DNA of 64,000 nt from a virus (Duplodnaviria; Heunggongvirae; Uroviricota; Caudoviricetes), in IMG/VR virus record IMGVR_UViG_3300033463_000077; one strand, 5' to 3'. A program made the translations under genes and the position numbers. Of the stretch, positions 39,390-49,073 are shown in pieces; position 1 is the first letter of the stretch; each line of letters begins with the position of its first letter. Below the pieces are notes generated by a model. The model saw only the letters and a list, made by a program, of their open reading frames with translations, was not told the DNA's origin and searched no databases.

Positions 39390-39665
39390 ATGAAATATCA
39401 AATTCAAAAAACATTTACTCTTTTAGATTTGAATGAACATATTATCGAACATAATGAGACAAAAGATCCTATTATTTTTGATAATTTTGCAGATGTATGG
39501 GGAGCTGTTGCAGATGAAGCCTTCAAATCTTTTCAAGAAGCACAAAAGATTGACCAATATGCTGAAATGAACGGTTTTTCAAAACATGTTTTAATTAAAT
39601 ACAATTTAGAAAAACCTTATAAGGGGAAAATTGAAGCTAAGCTTGAAATTAAAGAAGTGCAATAA
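39390..39665 (+). CDS. hypothetical protein, paralog family G (FADVWGAVAD)
   Basis: track ORF trimmed to MKYQIQK after RBS AAGGTGGAATAAA. Confidence 0.5.
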   Translation: MKYQIQKTFTLLDLNEHIIEHNETKDPIIFDNFADVWGAVADEAFKSFQEAQKIDQYAEMNGFSKHVLIKYNLEKPYKGKIEAKLEIKEVQ

Positions 39666-39666
39666 A

Positions 39667-39705
39667 GTTTACTTTTTGAATTCAGGTGTTATATTATAAT
39701 ATGAA
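39667..39705 (+). promoter_or_regulatory. conserved early promoter motif copy
   Basis: motif match. Confidence 0.6.
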
Positions 39706-39731
39706 AACAACAAATCAGAAAGAAGATTAAA

Positions 39732-39935
39732 ATGAAAAAAGATGTAATTTTTAATGTTGATGGTATCAAGTATCTGATGGTTCCTGATGATTCAGATAAT
39801 GGTGATGATGCTTGTAGAAAATGTTGTTTTTGTAAATTTGATAAAGATAATAACATTAATGGATGTAATTTGAGTTATGCTCTTCCTTGTGGATGTGCAA
39901 TTAGGAAAATTCATTGGAAGAAAATTGAAGATTGA
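39732..39935 (+). CDS. Cys-rich zinc-binding small protein (67 aa)
   Basis: CRKCCFCKF...CNLSYALPCGC. Confidence 0.5.
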   Translation: MKKDVIFNVDGIKYLMVPDDSDNGDDACRKCCFCKFDKDNNINGCNLSYALPCGCAIRKIHWKKIED

Positions 39936-39950
39936 ATAAAGAGGATTAAA

Positions 39951-40451
39951 ATGAAATTCAAAGATTGGTTTCTTTCTCTCAATCCTGAAGTAATTGAAGC
40001 TAATCCATTCAAATGTATTGGATGGTGCGAAAAGTTTTTCTTTTATGTGGATAAAAATTGTCCTGTTGAAAAGCTGATTGAAGATATCAAAAACGATTGG
40101 GGACCTGCAAACTTTGATGTCGTTGAAATTGACTTCGGTTGTGATGGTGAAGATATGTGGCTCATCACCTGTAATGATGGAAAATGCGGAGTCACTACAG
40201 AATGGTGCAAATCTCAGATGGAACAGTGGAGAAAAAATGGAAAAGAAGAAAAAGAATCACTTCAAAATATGACCGTGTTTGAAATGATTTCCTCAATGAC
40301 AAAGGAAGAGCGATCCAAACTTTATGAAGCCCTTCTTCATATTGATGAAGTTGGATTACTTGGAAATGGGCTTTTAAGAGATTTGTTTAGACTTATTTTG
40401 AATGAAAAATTTTGGACAAGCTATAACTTAGGAAAAGCTGAAGAAAATTAA
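39951..40451 (+). CDS. hypothetical protein (166 aa)
   Basis: ORF, RBS AAAGAGGATTAAA. Confidence 0.55.
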   Translation: MKFKDWFLSLNPEVIEANPFKCIGWCEKFFFYVDKNCPVEKLIEDIKNDWGPANFDVVEIDFGCDGEDMWLITCNDGKCGVTTEWCKSQMEQWRKNGKEEKESLQNMTVFEMISSMTKEERSKLYEALLHIDEVGLLGNGLLRDLFRLILNEKFWTSYNLGKAEEN

Positions 40452-40464
40452 GGAGATATATAAA

Positions 40465-40788
40465 ATGAATAAAACTACTTTTGCTGATGAGATGAAGCGG
40501 ATTGTTCCTGAGGTGAATGATTTTTTGAAAAATAAATCACTTTCTCTAAAGGATTGGAAATTGAAAAGCGGAGAACATTTATATCTTCAAAAAAATGAAA
40601 AGGCCAAAGAAGTTGAGCTTAGAATTTTTGAGAAACGTGGAAATTGGTATGCAGAACCTCGAATTGAACTTTCTATTCCATACTCAAAAATTGATCAGAA
40701 AAATTTTAACTTCCTGAAAATTGTTAGTATGGGATATAAACATATTGCGTCTTTCTATAAAGTGATGGCTGAAGATCTTTTGAAATAA
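40465..40788 (+). CDS. hypothetical protein (107 aa)
   Basis: ORF, RBS TAAGGAGATATATAAA. Confidence 0.5.
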   Translation: MNKTTFADEMKRIVPEVNDFLKNKSLSLKDWKLKSGEHLYLQKNEKAKEVELRIFEKRGNWYAEPRIELSIPYSKIDQKNFNFLKIVSMGYKHIASFYKVMAEDLLK

Positions 40789-40827
40789 GTTTACTTTTTG
40801 AATTCCTATGTTATATTCTAATATAAC
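40788..40827 (+). promoter_or_regulatory. conserved early promoter motif copy
   Basis: motif match. Confidence 0.6.
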
Positions 40828-40841
40828 CAAAGGAGATTCAA

Positions 40842-41795
40842 ATGAATAATGATAAACTGATCAAGATGTTCAAAGACCTTTCCCTTTATGAAGAATCTTT
40901 GAAACGGCATTTTCCTTCCAAAGCATATTTGAATGCAATTTCCACAATCAAAAAATTGCCCTTTGATATTACTGATGTTGAACAGGTCAAAGGGCTTTCT
41001 GGTTTTGGAAAGGGCCTTATTGAAAAAGTTGAATCTTTCTTGAAAACAGGGAGCTTTAAACGATATGAAGAATTCAAAAGATCAGATTTTGCCAAACTTA
41101 TTGAGATTTCAAACATTAAAGGAATTGGAGTCAATAAAGCGAAAGAGCTCGCGGCAGCTGGAATCAAAAGTCTTGAAGAGCTTAAAGAAGCGGTTAAAGA
41201 ACTTAATATTGGGGATATGATTGGAACCTCCGCAGTTAAGTATATCAACTCTATCAAAGTTGGTCTTCAGTTTGAAGCTCATACTGAAAAGACCAGAATG
41301 ACCATTCAAGAACATGATGAGATTGCTGATCCTATTATTGTAGATTTGCTCAGGAAACATGCAAATATTCTTGTTTCCTTCGCGGGCTCTAGAAGGCGGT
41401 GGAACCAGCTTGATCAGAATTACACCGTAGGCGATATCGACATCATTATAGGTGTTCCGGAAAGTGAATTGAATACCTTTTATAAGAATCTTCCCCAGTA
41501 TCTTGATGAAGTTGTTATGAATGGCCAGACCAAAGTTTCCGGAATTAAGAACAAAAGACAGATTGACTTCAGAATTGTCAACAGAGATAATTATGGTGCA
41601 CTGCTTCTCCATGCAACCGGCCCTATGAATTGGAATATCAAACTCAGAAAAATTGCGATCAGCAAAAATATGATTCTCAATGAGTATGGACTTTTTGAAA
41701 GAGATACAAGAAAACTTATTGCATCCACTGAAGAAGATATTGTATACACTTTGATCGGCACCTATATCCCAGCTGATAGAAGGGATAATTTTTGA
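40842..41795 (+). CDS. DNA polymerase family X (Pol beta-like nucleotidyltransferase)
   Basis: HhH IKGIGVNKAKEL; catalytic GSRRRWNQLDQNYTVGDIDIII (GSxRRG..GDxDxLL pattern); YGALLLHATGPMNWN; C-term EEDIVYTLIGTYIPADRRD. Confidence 0.7.
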   Translation: MNNDKLIKMFKDLSLYEESLKRHFPSKAYLNAISTIKKLPFDITDVEQVKGLSGFGKGLIEKVESFLKTGSFKRYEEFKRSDFAKLIEISNIKGIGVNKAKELAAAGIKSLEELKEAVKELNIGDMIGTSAVKYINSIKVGLQFEAHTEKTRMTIQEHDEIADPIIVDLLRKHANILVSFAGSRRRWNQLDQNYTVGDIDIIIGVPESELNTFYKNLPQYLDEVVMNGQTKVSGIKNKRQIDFRIVNRDNYGALLLHATGPMNWNIKLRKIAISKNMILNEYGLFERDTRKLIASTEEDIVYTLIGTYIPADRRDNF

Positions 41796-41834
41796 GTTTA
41801 CTTTTTGAATTGAAGTGTTATATTAAAATAACAA
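41796..41834 (+). promoter_or_regulatory. conserved early promoter motif copy
   Basis: motif match. Confidence 0.6.
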
Positions 41835-41856
41835 CAACAATTTAAGGAGAATTAAA

Positions 41857-42108
41857 ATGAACTATGTAGTGATTCACAAAACTCCGCTGAATGAAAATGC
41901 TGAAGTTTTCGGACCTTTTGGAAATATCGCAGATGCCAAATCTTGGATGGCACAGGATCTTGGTGATACCGTTGAAGCTTTTGAAAACCGCGGGGAAAAA
42001 GTTAAAGATTTTTGGATCGATGGTGAAACCAATGACGGAAAATTTGCAAACTGTGGAATTGAAAATACAAATGAAACCTGGGAAATTGCTGAATTTTTTG
42101 GAAGGTAA
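41857..42108 (+). CDS. hypothetical protein, tandem paralog family I (FGPF..ADAKSWMAQD..TWEIAE)
   Basis: ORF, RBS TAAGGAGAATTAAA. Confidence 0.5.
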   Translation: MNYVVIHKTPLNENAEVFGPFGNIADAKSWMAQDLGDTVEAFENRGEKVKDFWIDGETNDGKFANCGIENTNETWEIAEFFGR

Positions 42109-42147
42109 GTTTACTTTTTGAATTCAGGTGTTATATTAAAATAACAA
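42109..42147 (+). promoter_or_regulatory. conserved early promoter motif copy
   Basis: motif match. Confidence 0.6.
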
Positions 42148-42172
42148 CCACAACAATCCAAGGAGACCAAAA

Positions 42173-42412
42173 ATGAAAAATTTTTCCGTGATCTACACCC
42201 CCGAATCTGGACATCTTGAAGCCTTCGGACCGTTCAAAACTCTTGCTGATGCCAAATCCTGGATGGCTCAGGACTTTAATGACAATTGTGAAGTCGCCAA
42301 AAAGTCCGGGGTTGATCCTCAGTGGACTTGGAATGAAAGGACTTCAAAATGTCTCGGCTCTTGCAAAATTGAAGGCCTTGGCACCTGGGAAATTGCCGAA
42401 CTTACGAAATAA
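42173..42412 (+). CDS. hypothetical protein, tandem paralog family I
   Basis: ORF, RBS AAGGAGACCAAAA. Confidence 0.5.
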   Translation: MKNFSVIYTPESGHLEAFGPFKTLADAKSWMAQDFNDNCEVAKKSGVDPQWTWNERTSKCLGSCKIEGLGTWEIAELTK

Positions 42413-42424
42413 GGAGATCAAAAA

Positions 42425-42673
42425 ATGTTTTATATTGTTGATATCTATTCCTATTATACTTATGATGAACGGGAATATGCTATCACAGTTTTGGCTATGG
42501 CTAAAACTAAAGAGGAAATCATCAAATTTGCAAAGCAAATCGATCAGGATCAAGAGTTTTCTAATTACTTTGGTTATTGCCATAATGTAGGGGTCTATTA
42601 CAGCAAAGACCTTATTCCGCCTTATAAATTCAAGGATATGAAACAGTGGTGTTCCTTCAACGACATTGCTTAA
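42425..42673 (+). CDS. hypothetical protein (82 aa)
   Basis: ORF, RBS AAGGAGATCAAAAA. Confidence 0.5.
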   Translation: MFYIVDIYSYYTYDEREYAITVLAMAKTKEEIIKFAKQIDQDQEFSNYFGYCHNVGVYYSKDLIPPYKFKDMKQWCSFNDIA

Positions 42674-42682
42674 AGAATGCGG

Positions 42683-42720
42683 TTTACTTTTTGAATTCAG
42701 GTGTTATATTCAAATATCAA
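42683..42720 (+). promoter_or_regulatory. conserved early promoter motif copy
   Basis: motif match. Confidence 0.6.
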
Positions 42721-42737
42721 CAATAAGGAGATTGAAA

Positions 42738-43301
42738 ATGAATAAGCTTTCTAAAATCGTTGAGATTCTGAACAATGATGAAGATACCGTCATTCTGAAA
42801 GTCAAGGACAACAAAAAAATTGAACTTCTTTCTATCGGTTGTTTCAATGGAAATGAAGATATGATCATTGTTTCCAAACATACCAATTTTCATGATGGCC
42901 TTGCATTCAGATTGGTTTATAAGGATGGGACCACTTTCTCCTTCACTGACAATACTCTTGTCAGTTCAAACATCAAAGCAATGAAGAAAAACATTATCCA
43001 ATCCGTTGTATTTGACTTCGGTATTCCGGTTGAAGATTCCACTTATTATGAACTTCTGAAACAGTTTAATTACATTAAAAGTTTGAAAGATGATTTGAAT
43101 ACCCCTCATACCTTTGAGATCTGTGGTTTTGACAAGACCAATATGGTCCTCAGAAAAGAGGGAGCTTTGATGGGCCACATTTCCTATGATGAAGCCATGA
43201 AATATCTTGAAAAGCGATATAAGATCGTTTCTAATATTCACAGCAATTCCAAACAGACCGGATGTGATATTTATACGATTAAAACTGGAAAAAAAGATTG
43301 A
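42738..43301 (+). CDS. hypothetical protein (187 aa)
   Basis: track ORF trimmed to MNKLSKIVEIL after RBS AAGGAGATTGAAA. Confidence 0.55.
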   Translation: MNKLSKIVEILNNDEDTVILKVKDNKKIELLSIGCFNGNEDMIIVSKHTNFHDGLAFRLVYKDGTTFSFTDNTLVSSNIKAMKKNIIQSVVFDFGIPVEDSTYYELLKQFNYIKSLKDDLNTPHTFEICGFDKTNMVLRKEGALMGHISYDEAMKYLEKRYKIVSNIHSNSKQTGCDIYTIKTGKKD

Positions 43302-43319
43302 TTATAAAGGAGAGAAAAC

Positions 43320-43685
43320 ATGAAAAGATTTTTCTATGTACTTTCTGAATCTTGGTATGAGGACAATTATGAGGAAGGTCAGATTGGTCCGTTTAATGAA
43401 ACCAAACTTGAAAGTGGAACAAAAGATACACTTGAAGAAGTTTTGACTTGGCTGAAAAATAATTACGGTGAAGAATATCCTCTTGAAATTATTGAAGATA
43501 ACCAAATTGTTTGTCCGGTTGCCATGAGGACGAATGGTCACTATGGGTTTGAAAAAGCAACCGATGAAGAAATTGAACAATGGAAAGCCGGGAAGATCAA
43601 TCTTTACAGCGTGGAATATCTGTTGAAGATCTATAAAATTGACCCTGTCACTGAAGAAGAACTTGCATCAAAACTGAATGCTTAA
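43320..43685 (+). CDS. hypothetical acidic protein (121 aa)
   Basis: ORF, RBS AAAGGAGAGAAAAC. Confidence 0.5.
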   Translation: MKRFFYVLSESWYEDNYEEGQIGPFNETKLESGTKDTLEEVLTWLKNNYGEEYPLEIIEDNQIVCPVAMRTNGHYGFEKATDEEIEQWKAGKINLYSVEYLLKIYKIDPVTEEELASKLNA

Positions 43686-43686
43686 G

Positions 43687-43724
43687 TTTACTTTTTGAAT
43701 TCCTGTGTTATATTAAAATACAGA
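43687..43724 (+). promoter_or_regulatory. conserved early promoter motif copy
   Basis: motif match. Confidence 0.6.
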
Positions 43725-43747
43725 AAAACAACCAAGGAGATTAAAAC

Positions 43748-43960
43748 ATGAATGCTGCTGAACTGCAAAATTTTCTTCGGGCTCTGAATTGTATGAGCGA
43801 TCTTGATTTTATGGATATGTACGCTGATCTTGGCTTCAAAGGTCAGTATGCAATGGAAAAATTTGAGACCATGAGATCAAACTTTATCCGTTGGGCTTGT
43901 GAAATTGATGAAGCCACTTTGAACAAAATCATTGAATGGATTAAGATTCATCGAGGATAA
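43748..43960 (+). CDS. hypothetical protein (70 aa)
   Basis: ORF, RBS AAGGAGATTAAAAC. Confidence 0.5.
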   Translation: MNAAELQNFLRALNCMSDLDFMDMYADLGFKGQYAMEKFETMRSNFIRWACEIDEATLNKIIEWIKIHRG

Positions 43961-43962
43961 GT

Positions 43963-44000
43963 TTACTTTTTGAATTCAGGTGTTATATTTCAATATAACA
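43963..44000 (+). promoter_or_regulatory. conserved early promoter motif copy
   Basis: motif match. Confidence 0.6.
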
Positions 44001-44015
44001 ACAACGGAGGATATT

Positions 44016-44348
44016 ATGGAAGAAAGCATCGTTTGCAAATTCAAAAATTATCTTGTTGAAGGCGAGGTTGCCATTCTTGATTGGTATGACATTCTTGGAA
44101 CGATCGGAATGCATAACTTTGAAGTTGGCGAAGATTTTGATTTCGAAGATAAAAAACGAATCATTCATCTTCTGAATGATGGTGGATTTGGTGCAAAAGA
44201 TATTCTTGCAGCACAGCTTTCAATATTCAAGGTTTATGAACATGGAGCAAAAGTTTTTTGGAAGCATCTTTGTTTGAATGCCAAAGAGCCTGAGAAAAAA
44301 ATTCCTGAAAAAATCAAAAAGGCTTTCTACTTTGAATTTGAAGAATAA
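44016..44348 (+). CDS. hypothetical protein (110 aa)
   Basis: track ORF trimmed to MEESIVCKF after RBS ACGGAGGATATT. Confidence 0.5.
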   Translation: MEESIVCKFKNYLVEGEVAILDWYDILGTIGMHNFEVGEDFDFEDKKRIIHLLNDGGFGAKDILAAQLSIFKVYEHGAKVFWKHLCLNAKEPEKKIPEKIKKAFYFEFEE

Positions 44349-44364
44349 TTAAAAGGACTTAAAA

Positions 44365-44790
44365 ATGATTAAAGTTGATGAAGAAAATTTGGCGATCACG
44401 GATGGAAAAAAGACTTTGTATTATGAATTTTCCAGGGAGCATTTTACCGTGGATGATATCGTAACTGGTAATGATTATACCATTGATGATTCTTTGGATC
44501 ACATTGTTGAAAAGGTGGAAGATTATTATGAGGAATTTGAGGATGGTATTGAAGACTCTCTTCCTGAAGAAGAACGAATGATTTTAAATGAAGTTGATAA
44601 AATTTTGAATGGAGAAAAACGTACTTACTCCAAAGAGGACAAGATTTCCATCTTAAAATCAATTGTTAATCATTGCAAAAATCAAAAGATGCCAAGCAAA
44701 AGAACAATTGAAAATGCTATCACAGATTGGCTTAATGAAAGACATGGCATCAATCTTTTCGATAACAAGCTTCTTGAAATGGAATTTTAA
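44365..44790 (+). CDS. hypothetical acidic protein (141 aa)
   Basis: ORF, RBS AAAAGGACTTAAAA. Confidence 0.5.
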   Translation: MIKVDEENLAITDGKKTLYYEFSREHFTVDDIVTGNDYTIDDSLDHIVEKVEDYYEEFEDGIEDSLPEEERMILNEVDKILNGEKRTYSKEDKISILKSIVNHCKNQKMPSKRTIENAITDWLNERHGINLFDNKLLEMEF

Positions 44791-44792
44791 GT

Positions 44793-44830
44793 TTACTTTT
44801 TGAATTCAGGTGTTATATTAAAATAACAAC
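44793..44830 (+). promoter_or_regulatory. conserved early promoter motif copy
   Basis: motif match. Confidence 0.6.
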
Positions 44831-44854
44831 CAAAACAAACTAAGGAGAATAAAA

Positions 44855-45145
44855 ATGAGTCAGTATACCCGCCTTGCTTCCAATGATGATCAGGAATCTG
44901 TTATTCAGACAATTGAACGGTGGGCTAAGAGGATTGGCAAACCGATCTGTGGAGCCGACCTCATCGGTAAGTATCATGATACCGTGATCCTCGATCTTTC
45001 CTATCAAGGCTGTGAGATTTATGTCCATGCCAACGGTTGGAATGATACCGATCATGGATATCCGGGAGTCACTTGCAAAGATGTTCACATTACCGGCCCG
45101 GATCAGTTTGAAACTTTTAAAGCCGCCGCTCTTGGAACAGTCTGA
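44855..45145 (+). CDS. hypothetical protein (96 aa)
   Basis: ORF, RBS TAAGGAGAATAAAA; terminator 45160-45215. Confidence 0.5.
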   Translation: MSQYTRLASNDDQESVIQTIERWAKRIGKPICGADLIGKYHDTVILDLSYQGCEIYVHANGWNDTDHGYPGVTCKDVHITGPDQFETFKAAALGTV

Positions 45146-45159
45146 CAAATAAAAGACAA

Positions 45160-45215
45160 TAAATGAACCGTTATATTAGAAAAATGAATATTACGGTTCA
45201 TTTTTAATCTCTTAA
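45160..45215 (+). terminator. rho-independent terminator
   Basis: AUGAACCGU...ACGGUUCAU + UUUUAAUC. Confidence 0.5.
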
Positions 45216-45223
45216 TAGAATAA

Positions 45224-45262
45224 GTTTACTTTTCATTTTCTTAAGTTATATTTTAATATGAT
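45224..45262 (+). promoter_or_regulatory. promoter motif copy (variant)
   Basis: GTTTACTTTTCATTTTCTTAAGTTATATTTTAATAT. Confidence 0.5.
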
Positions 45263-45293
45263 GAAAGAAAAACCTATAATGAAAGGATGAAAC

Positions 45294-45599
45294 ATGGCTG
45301 AACAGAAACTGAAGCGAGCGGATTTTTTTGAATTTGTTGGAAAAAATTGCAAAAATGAAAAAACCTTTGAACTTACCTATACGAAGTTGAACGGGGAACT
45401 GCGTAAAGCAGTTGGTAAACTTCATGATGCAGTCGCCGATCAACTTGTCAAAGGGACAGGCTTCAATCGTCAGAAGAAGATGGATCTTTGGAAAGTTTTT
45501 CAGTATTTTGATGTCAATTCCAAAGCATATCGTTCCGCCAGGTTGGAAAATATCATTGATGTCAAAGTTGATGATGTGTTATACACCCTTGAAGATTAA
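45294..45599 (+). CDS. hypothetical protein (101 aa)
   Basis: ORF, RBS AAAGGATGAAAC. Confidence 0.5.
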   Translation: MAEQKLKRADFFEFVGKNCKNEKTFELTYTKLNGELRKAVGKLHDAVADQLVKGTGFNRQKKMDLWKVFQYFDVNSKAYRSARLENIIDVKVDDVLYTLED

Positions 45600-45623
45600 C
45601 AAAACATGAGGAGATATAAAACT

Positions 45624-45965
45624 ATGTCAAGAAAAGCAAATTCATTCCACTGTTGGTTTAACGAAGATTCCCGTACCTTCGCAAAGACTCTTAACATTCC
45701 TGCAAAGGCGATTAAGGAAGCTGGGTTCAATACAAAGTTTCCGATCTACATTCAGGAGATCCATGAAAATCATATTGGTCTGACCCAGGATGGATCAGCT
45801 GATTCCATTGTTGGTATGGTCAATGGTTGGAAACAGCCGAATGGAACAAAGGCATACCGAATTGGTGCTCAGAAACGTTTTGATTATAACACAGACTCAG
45901 CAATGGTAATTCCCTATAAGGATGAGAATTACATTGACATTGTCGGTGTGAGTTTCTTTGGTTGA
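45624..45965 (+). CDS. hypothetical protein (113 aa)
   Basis: track ORF trimmed to MSRKANSFHCW after RBS GAGGAGATATAAAACT. Confidence 0.5.
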   Translation: MSRKANSFHCWFNEDSRTFAKTLNIPAKAIKEAGFNTKFPIYIQEIHENHIGLTQDGSADSIVGMVNGWKQPNGTKAYRIGAQKRFDYNTDSAMVIPYKDENYIDIVGVSFFG

Positions 45966-45974
45966 TCATACAAA

Positions 45975-46055
45975 GCCTCCTGGTAGGGTTGTGGTTGGCC
46001 TGATAGATTTATCCATTCCTCCTTGTGGAACTTCTTCCCAGGAGGCTTTTTTGTT
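45975..46055 (+). terminator. long-loop hairpin terminator-like element
   Basis: AAAGCCUCCUGG ... CCAGGAGGCUUU (12 bp) + UUUUGUUUAG. Confidence 0.4.
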
Positions 46056-46057
46056 TA

Positions 46058-46095
46058 GTTTACTTTTTGAAATCAAGTGTTATATTTTAATATAA
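46058..46095 (+). promoter_or_regulatory. conserved early promoter motif copy (ligA)
   Basis: motif match. Confidence 0.6.
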
Positions 46096-46124
46096 AATAA
46101 TTGAAAATTAAAGGAGACAAATAT

Positions 46125-47990
46125 ATGAGCCGCATCCAAGAACTTGAAGCTGAAATCCGTCATCACAATGATCTTTATTGGAATGGAAAAGATCTTGAAA
46201 TTTCTGATATTGAATATGATGCTCTTTGTCGAGAACTTGCTGAGCTTGATCCTGACAATGAGCTTATTCTGAATTTTGGAAAGAAAGATTTGACTGGAAA
46301 CGAAAAGCTTATCAAGCACTCCAAAAAGATGTTGAGTCTTGGAAAGATTTATTCCAAAGAAGACCTGCTTAAATGGGTTAAAAAAGTTTCCAGAACCAAT
46401 CAAGAAGAATTTCTTATTCAGCCGAAATATGATGGAATGTCCGGACTTTTGGAAAATGGGACTCTTAGTTCACGTGGTGATGGTGAATATGGTCAGGATT
46501 ATACTGATAAACTGAAGTTGATTGAATTTGATACTGATAAGAAGATTGATCCAAGTCGTGATAGTCTACTTGGAGAGATTATAATCAAAAACAGTTATTT
46601 CAAAAGCATCTTTGGTGAAGTGAAGTCAAAATCTGGTATTCCGTTTAAGAATCAACGAAACGGAATTGCCGGTATTCTTGGAACCGATGATGTGGACTTC
46701 TATTACAATCAGGGTGCGAAAATTACTTTTGTTGATTACGACAAAGAATCCACTACTACAAATTGCTTCCACTTTTCTGAAGCATGGGATGCTGTTGTAG
46801 ATCACATTCTTAAGAATACTGATTATCCTCTTGATGGTATCGTGATTAAGCTCAAAGATCAAGCATATGCCGAATCTCTTGGATATACTACTCATCATCC
46901 TCGTGGAGCTGTAGCATTCAAATTTACAAATCAGACTGCTGTATCAAAACTTATTGATGTTGAGTGGGGAATGGGAAAACAGCAGATTTCAGCTGTTGGT
47001 GTTATTGAGCCTGTTGAAATTTCTGGAACTACTATTCGAAGAGTTAAGCTTCAGCTTACAAAGCCAAAGAGTTCCGCTGTTGAAACTTGTCTGATTGATG
47101 GAAGCCTTCAGATAGGTGATACGGTGGTAGTTGAACGCGCTGGAGATATTATTCCTCATATCATTTCCTCCAAACCAGGTGTGAATAGAAAGAGAGTTTA
47201 TATTGATAAATGTCCTTTCTGTGGATCTGATACTTTCATTAATGAAACAAGTGTTCAGTGTGGAGCCTTAAATGGAAGATGCATTGAAACTGAAGTTCAG
47301 GAGCTTTATTGCTCCATCGTTACTCTTGGATTTAAGAATGTTGGTGAAGCCTATATCAGACTTATTGTTAATGATCCTAATCTTAAAGTTCGTTACATTG
47401 CCGATCTCTTTGATCTGAAGCCTGAAGATATGAAGCTGAAAGAATATGGAACTCGTAAGAAAGAAATTTTCTTTGAAGAGATTGAAAAAGCAAAAAAGAA
47501 TGCAACAAAAGATATGGTTCTCGCTTCAATGAATATTCCTACTGTTGGAAAAACTGTATCAAAAATTATTGTAGAGAACTTCAACTGGGAAGATGTTATT
47601 GAAGGAAGATTTGATTCTCACGATTATGAAAAAGTCGATGGAATTGGACATATAATTGCCGATTCACTTGAAACATACTTAGGTCCTGGATCTTGGGCCA
47701 CTGACAATCTTCGTAGAATGTCCGCAATATTTTCATTCAAGAAAGTTGAAAAGAAATCTGAAAATTCAAATGGAATGACAATTTGTTTCACAGGAAAAAT
47801 GGAAAATAAAAGATCAGTTATGGAACAGATTGCAAAAGATCGTGGATTCACTCCTATGGATCATGTTGATAAGAATCTTTCCATTTTGGTTTGTGCAGAT
47901 CCTAACAGTGGTTCCGGAAAACTTCAGAAGGCTGCTAAGTACGGAACAAGAATCATTTCTGAAAAAGATTTCATGGATGGAAAATATTAA
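46125..47990 (+). CDS. ligA: NAD-dependent DNA ligase
   Basis: N-terminal Ia domain ELEAEIRHHNDLYWNGKDLEISDIEYDALCRELAELD, adenylation motif I QPKYDGMSG, Zn-finger CPFCGS...C, C-terminal BRCT; start MSRIQELE after RBS AAAGGAGACAAATAT. Confidence 0.85.
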   Translation: MSRIQELEAEIRHHNDLYWNGKDLEISDIEYDALCRELAELDPDNELILNFGKKDLTGNEKLIKHSKKMLSLGKIYSKEDLLKWVKKVSRTNQEEFLIQPKYDGMSGLLENGTLSSRGDGEYGQDYTDKLKLIEFDTDKKIDPSRDSLLGEIIIKNSYFKSIFGEVKSKSGIPFKNQRNGIAGILGTDDVDFYYNQGAKITFVDYDKESTTTNCFHFSEAWDAVVDHILKNTDYPLDGIVIKLKDQAYAESLGYTTHHPRGAVAFKFTNQTAVSKLIDVEWGMGKQQISAVGVIEPVEISGTTIRRVKLQLTKPKSSAVETCLIDGSLQIGDTVVVERAGDIIPHIISSKPGVNRKRVYIDKCPFCGSDTFINETSVQCGALNGRCIETEVQELYCSIVTLGFKNVGEAYIRLIVNDPNLKVRYIADLFDLKPEDMKLKEYGTRKKEIFFEEIEKAKKNATKDMVLASMNIPTVGKTVSKIIVENFNWEDVIEGRFDSHDYEKVDGIGHIIADSLETYLGPGSWATDNLRRMSAIFSFKKVEKKSENSNGMTICFTGKMENKRSVMEQIAKDRGFTPMDHVDKNLSILVCADPNSGSGKLQKAAKYGTRIISEKDFMDGKY

Positions 47991-47992
47991 AT

Positions 47993-48030
47993 TTACTTTT
48001 TGAATTTTGATGTTATATTAAAATATCTTC
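47993..48030 (+). promoter_or_regulatory. conserved early promoter motif copy
   Basis: motif match. Confidence 0.6.
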
Positions 48031-48058
48031 AAAAATAAATTAACAAGGAGAAAACAAG

Positions 48059-48229
48059 ATGAAATGTCCAAAATGCGGAACTGTACTTCAGGAAACGGAA
48101 AACGGAGAATATGTATGTAAACCAAGTTGTGGAATGATTTATTCTGAAAAAGAATTGAAAGATATTCAGGATATTGAAGTTCTTAAAGAAGACATGAAGA
48201 TTAAAAAAGAAGTGAAAAATTCGAAATAA
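48059..48229 (+). CDS. zinc-ribbon small protein (56 aa)
   Basis: hand-found ORF MKCPKCGTVLQETENGEYVCKPSCGMIY..., RBS AAGGAGAAAACAAG. Confidence 0.45.
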   Translation: MKCPKCGTVLQETENGEYVCKPSCGMIYSEKELKDIQDIEVLKEDMKIKKEVKNSK

Positions 48230-48232
48230 AAG

Positions 48233-48275
48233 GTTTACTTTTAAAGAAAGGAAATTATATTAAAAATAGAAGATG
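48233..48275 (+). promoter_or_regulatory. promoter motif copy (variant) driving ORF-free unit
   Basis: GGTTTACTTTTAAAGAAAGGAAATTATATTAAAAATA. Confidence 0.45.
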
Positions 48276-48632
48276 AGGTATGGAAACCACTGTTGGTAAC
48301 AGGCCAGATTCTAAATCTTCTATAACGGAATCGGAAATTTAAAACAGAATTTATTCACCGAGTAGTCCGCCTAGTAGAAGTGTTAGCGCAAACACAACAA
48401 ACGGCAATAAAGAAAATTCTGTGGTGCACCAAATAAAAAATTAAGATCAAAGGATCGGACCCAGCTAAGTCACGAGACAAACGGTGGTGTCGAATAAGTT
48501 GGATAATGAAAATTCCAATGCCTTTCTGAGCTATTTCAGTTTTGGCGATTAGGTGGGGTAGATTGGCCCCAGAAATCAGGAGACCTTGAAGTTCGAATTT
48601 TATCAAGGTCTCCTTATTATTTTTTATAGAAA
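48276..48632 (+). ncRNA. ORF-free transcription unit (~350 nt) between variant promoter and strong terminator
   Basis: variant motif promoter 48233-48275; no plausible plus ORF; terminator AGGAGACCUUGA..UCAAGGUCUCCU + U-run at 48577-48632. Confidence 0.4.
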
Positions 48633-48672
48633 TAAATTATTTTGAATAAAAGAGACAAAAAAGGAAATAAAA

Positions 48673-49071
48673 ATGGATTTTATTAGAAGATTCTTAAGAG
48701 GAGATGATATATTGTATACTAAAATATATCATAAAGTATATCAAGACTTTCATACTATTGGAGAGGTAATTGAAGAAAGGCCTGAATTAAATATTGCTAA
48801 AGTCAAATTTATTGATGTAAAGGGAAAAGAAAAAAGTTATTGGTTTCATTTATTTACAGGAATGGTTGTTAAACTTCCAAAGAAAAAAGGAGAATTTGCA
48901 ACAGATGTTCCAATGGACAGTGAAAAAGCTTATGCCCTATCAGTTGAGCCTGTCCGTTTATATGATCTTGATCCAACGGCTGATATAAATTACAAGCCTG
49001 ATGAAGAAAGTGAAATTGAAGAAACTGATACAGAAAGCAATCCTAATAAAAGTATAGAAAAGTTACAATAA
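48673..49071 (+). CDS. hypothetical protein (132 aa), AT-rich
   Basis: ORF, RBS AAAAGGAAATAAAA. Confidence 0.5.
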   Translation: MDFIRRFLRGDDILYTKIYHKVYQDFHTIGEVIEERPELNIAKVKFIDVKGKEKSYWFHLFTGMVVKLPKKKGEFATDVPMDSEKAYALSVEPVRLYDLDPTADINYKPDEESEIEETDTESNPNKSIEKLQ

Positions 49072-49073
49072 GA

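Noticed and set aside
48355-48606. Track minus ORF 48355..48606 (83 aa)
   Set aside because: No promoter or RBS on the minus strand here; lies inside a plus-strand promoter-to-terminator unit and is low complexity.
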